NCBI RefSeq assembly: GCF_009914755.1
Contig: NC_060937.1
Source of the DNA: the human T2T-CHM13v2.0 reference genome, Homo sapiens
Direction: 5' to 3' (one strand)
DNA: 64,000 nt
Shown: in pieces, positions 61,101-64,000 of the stretch
How the letters are laid out: the number at the start of each line of letters is the position of its first letter
Position numbering within the stretch: the stretch's first letter is position 1
Made by a program: the position numbers and the translations under genes
The notes under the pieces: model-generated
What the model saw: the letters and a program-made list of their open reading frames with translations, nothing else
The model's database searches: none
What the model was told of the DNA's origin: nothing

Positions 61101-64000
61101 TATAAATTATATACTGTACATAAAATATGAAATTACATCAAATATATATTAGGTACATAAAATATGAAAGTACATCAAATATAGATTATATACTGTACAT
61201 AAAATATCAATGTACCCGAAATATATATTTTATACTCTACATGAAATATCAAAGTTCACAAACCATATATTATATACTGTACATAAAATATCAAAGTACC
61301 CAAGGTATATATTCTATACTATACAAAAAATATCAAAGTACCCAAAGCATGTATTATATACTGTACATAAAATATGAAAGTACATCAAATATATATTTAA
61401 TTCTGTACATAAAATATCAAAGTACACCAGATATATATTCTATAGTGTACATAAAATATCAAAGTACCCAAACTATACATTATATACTGTACATAAAATA
61501 TGAGATTACATCAAATATATATTATATTAGGTACATAAAATATGAAAGTACATCAGATATAGATTATATACTGTACATAAAATATCAAAGTACCCCAAAT
61601 ATGTATTATATACTCTACATGAAATATCAAAGTTCGCAAACTATATATTATATACTGTACATAATATATCAAAGTACCCAAGGTATATATTCTATACTGT
61701 ACAAAAAATATCAAAGTACCCAAAGCATGTATTATATACTGTACATAAAATATGAAAATACATTAAATATATATTTTATTCTGTACATAAAATATCAAAG
61801 TACTCCAGATATATATTCTACAGTCTACATAAAATATCAAAGTACCTAAACTATACATTATATACTGTACATAAAATATGAAATTACATCAAATATATAT
61901 TAGGTACATAAAATATGAAAGTACATCAAATATAGATTATATACTGTACATAAAATATCAAAGTACCCCAAATATATATTATATACTGTACATGAAATAT
62001 CAAAGTTCACAAACTATATATTATATACTGTACATAAAATATCAAAGTACCCAAGGTATATATTCTATACTGTACAAAAAATATCAAAGTACCCAAAGCA
62101 TGTAGTATATACTGTACATAAAATATCAAAGTACCCCAAATATATATTATATACTCTACATGAAATATCAAAGTTCACAAACTATATATTATATACTGTA
62201 CATAAAATATCAAAGTACCCAAGGTATATATTCTATACTGTACAAAAAATATCAAAGTACACAAAGCATGTATTATATACTGTATATAAAATATGAAAGT
62301 ACATCAAATATATATTTTATTCTGTACATAAAATATCAAAGTACACCAGATATATATTCTATAGTGTACATAAAATAACAAAGTACACAAACTATAAATT
62401 ATATACTGTACATAAAATATGAAATTACATCAAATATATATTAGGTACATAAAATATGAATGTACATCAAATATAGATTATATACTGTACATATAATATC
62501 AATGTACTCCAAATATATATTTTATACTCTACATGAAACATCAAAGTTCACAAACCATATATTTTATACTGTACATAAAATATCAAAGTACCCAAGGTAT
62601 ATATTCTATACTGTACAAAAAATATCAAAGTACCCAAAGCATATATTATATACTGTACATAAAATATGAAAGTACATCAAATATATATTTTATTCCGTAC
62701 ATAAAATATCAAAGTACACCAGATATATATTCTATAGTGTACATAAAATATCAAAGTACCCAAACTATACATTATATACTGTACATAAAATATGAAATTA
62801 CATCAAATATATATTATATTAGGTACATAAAATATGAAAGTACATCAAATATAGATTATATACTGTACATAAAATATCAAAGTACCCCAAATATATATTA
62901 TATACTCTACATGAAATATCAAAGTTCACAAACTATATATTATATACTGTACATAAAATATAAAAGTACCCAAGGCATATATTCTATACTGTACAAAAAA
63001 TATCAAAGTACCCAAAGCATGTATTATATACTGTATATAAAATATGAAAGTACATCAAATACATATTTTATTCTGTACATAAAATATCAAAGTACACAGA
63101 TATATATTCTATAGTGTACATAAAATAACAAAGTACACAAACTATAAATTATATACTGTACATAAAATATGAAATTACATCAAATATATATTAGGTACAT
63201 AAAATATGAAAGTACATCAAATATAGATTATATACTGTACATAAAATATCAAAGTACCCCAAATATATATTATATACTCTACATGAAATATCAAAGTTCA
63301 CAAACTATATATTATATACTGTACATAAAATATCAAAGTACCCAAGGTATATATTCTATACTGTACAAAAAATATCAAAGTACCCAAAGCATGTATTTTA
63401 TACTGTACATAAAATATGAAAGTACATCAAATACATATTTTATTCTGTACATAAAATATCAAAGTACACCAGATATATATTCTATAGTGTACATAAAATA
63501 ACAAAGTACACAAACTATACATTATATACTGTACATAAAATATGAAATTACATCAAATATATATTAGGTACATAAAATATGAAAGTACATCAAATATACG
63601 TTATATACTGTACATAAAATATCAAACTACCCCAAATATATATTATATACTCTACATGAAATATCAAAGTTCACAAACTATATATTATATACTGAACATA
63701 AAATATCAAAGTACCCAAAGTATATATTCTATACTGTACAAAAAATATCAAAGTACCCAAAGCATGTATTATATACTGTATATAAAATATGAAAGTACAT
63801 CAAATATATATTTTATTCTGTACATAAAATATCAAAGTACACCAGATATATATTCTATAGTGTACATAAAATAACAAAGTACACAAACTATAAATTATAT
63901 ACTGTACATAAAATATGAAATTACATCAAATATATATTAGGTACATAAAATATGAAAGTACATCAAATATAGATTATATACTGTACATATAATATCAATG
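58130..64000 (+). repeat. Divergent HSat1A domain with mixed 373-bp and 378-bp HORs
   Basis: A 5-bp deletion in M2 (tatattatattagg to tatattagg) is present in 11 of 16 units, and ORF starts 60381/60754/61127 are 373 apart. Diagnostics are accaGata (M9), ctCtacatg (M4/M5), taTcaa in M4 and aaataAcaaagtacAc (M1), with many private substitutions. Confidence 0.9.

Larger units (their letters stand above)
1..64000 (+). repeat. Human Satellite I / HSat1A (SAR)-type tandem array, 42-bp monomer, single orientation (A-rich strand on +)
   Basis: Seen: continuous 42-bp periodicity across the window, each monomer normally with two GTAC sites giving alternating 17-bp (ACATAAAATAT[C/G]AAAGT) and 25-bp (ACCCAAA...TATACTGT) pieces. 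One counted M4 monomer is 20A/12T/8C/2G. Established: this is the classical A(17)/B(25) RsaI structure of human Satellite I (HSat1A). The family call is from recognition, not a database search. Confidence 0.95.
1..64000 (+). repeat. 378-bp (9 x 42 bp) higher-order repeat M1-M9
   Basis: Nine distinguishable monomers recur in fixed order (e.g. M2 gaaattaca...attagg, M5 catgaaatatcaaagttcac, M6 caaggt, M7 tacaaaaaa...agcatg). ORF starts 10 and 388 are 378 apart, 1773/2529 are 756 apart and 2529/4041 are 1512 apart. A 378-bp 9-mer is the known HSat1A HOR. Confidence 0.97.

Noticed and set aside
10-63874. Many long + strand ORFs (up to 622 aa at 55979..57847) encoding 14-aa Tyr/Ile/Lys-rich repeats
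   Set aside because: The monomer is 14 codons and happens to be stop-free in one frame. Amplified variants include stops (TGA, TAG) and frameshifts (1-bp and 5-bp deletions). Most starts are GTG and there is no unique domain, so there is no sign of coding constraint.
1-64000. CRISPR-like or cassette-like appearance (conserved tgtacataaaatat core alternating with variable parts)
   Set aside because: The variable parts are homologous, cycle with period 9 and are not unique spacers. There are no cas, recombinase or leader sequences.
1-64000. Mobile elements, inversions, alpha-satellite/CENP-B boxes, telomeric or HSat2/3 (CATTC) repeats
   Set aside because: None seen. Every stretch read conforms to the 42-bp monomer in the same orientation.
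1-64000. TATA-like and TGTACA palindromic motifs as promoters or hairpins
   Set aside because: These are inevitable in the monomer. Symmetry does not extend convincingly beyond the 6-bp palindrome and there is no supporting context.
1-64000. Assignment to a specific chromosome
   Set aside because: HSat1A occurs on several human chromosomes and there is no unique flank here. This needs alignment to T2T assemblies.

Overview
The whole 64 kb window is one uninterrupted, single-orientation, very AT-rich tandem satellite. The 42-bp monomer (about TACATAAAATAT[C/G]AAAGTAC[CCA/ATC]AA[T/C]ATATATTATATACTG) is cut by its two GTAC sites into 17+25 bp pieces and is organised as a 9-monomer, 378-bp higher-order repeat (HOR). 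This matches human classical Satellite I / HSat1A (SAR), i.e. pericentromeric or acrocentric short-arm heterochromatin; the chromosome cannot be assigned from the sequence alone. I see no genes, RNA genes, transposons or CRISPR. All ORFs are by-products of a stop-free 14-codon frame in the monomer, and I found no new gene-based system. The interesting signal is the array's internal history. (i) A homogenised domain (1 to ~55.6 kb) is built from marked 378-bp variants, punctuated 20 times by a 251-bp truncated HOR, giving super-periods of n x 378 + 251 (most often 3275 bp). (ii) It contains a ~12.5-kb long-range duplication at 22.8/22.5-kb offset plus nested local duplications. (iii) A transition zone (~55.6-58.1 kb) holds what look like stepwise precursors of the expanded variants. 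(iv) A more divergent domain (58.1-64 kb) is dominated by a 373-bp HOR with its own diagnostic variants. Monomers are labelled M1-M9 from their translation: M1 QSTQTIH, M2 EITSN..IR, M3 ESTSN, M4 QSTPN, M5 MKYQSSQT, M6 QSTQG, M7 KKYQSTQSM, M8 ESTSNIY[L/F], M9 QSTPNIYS.
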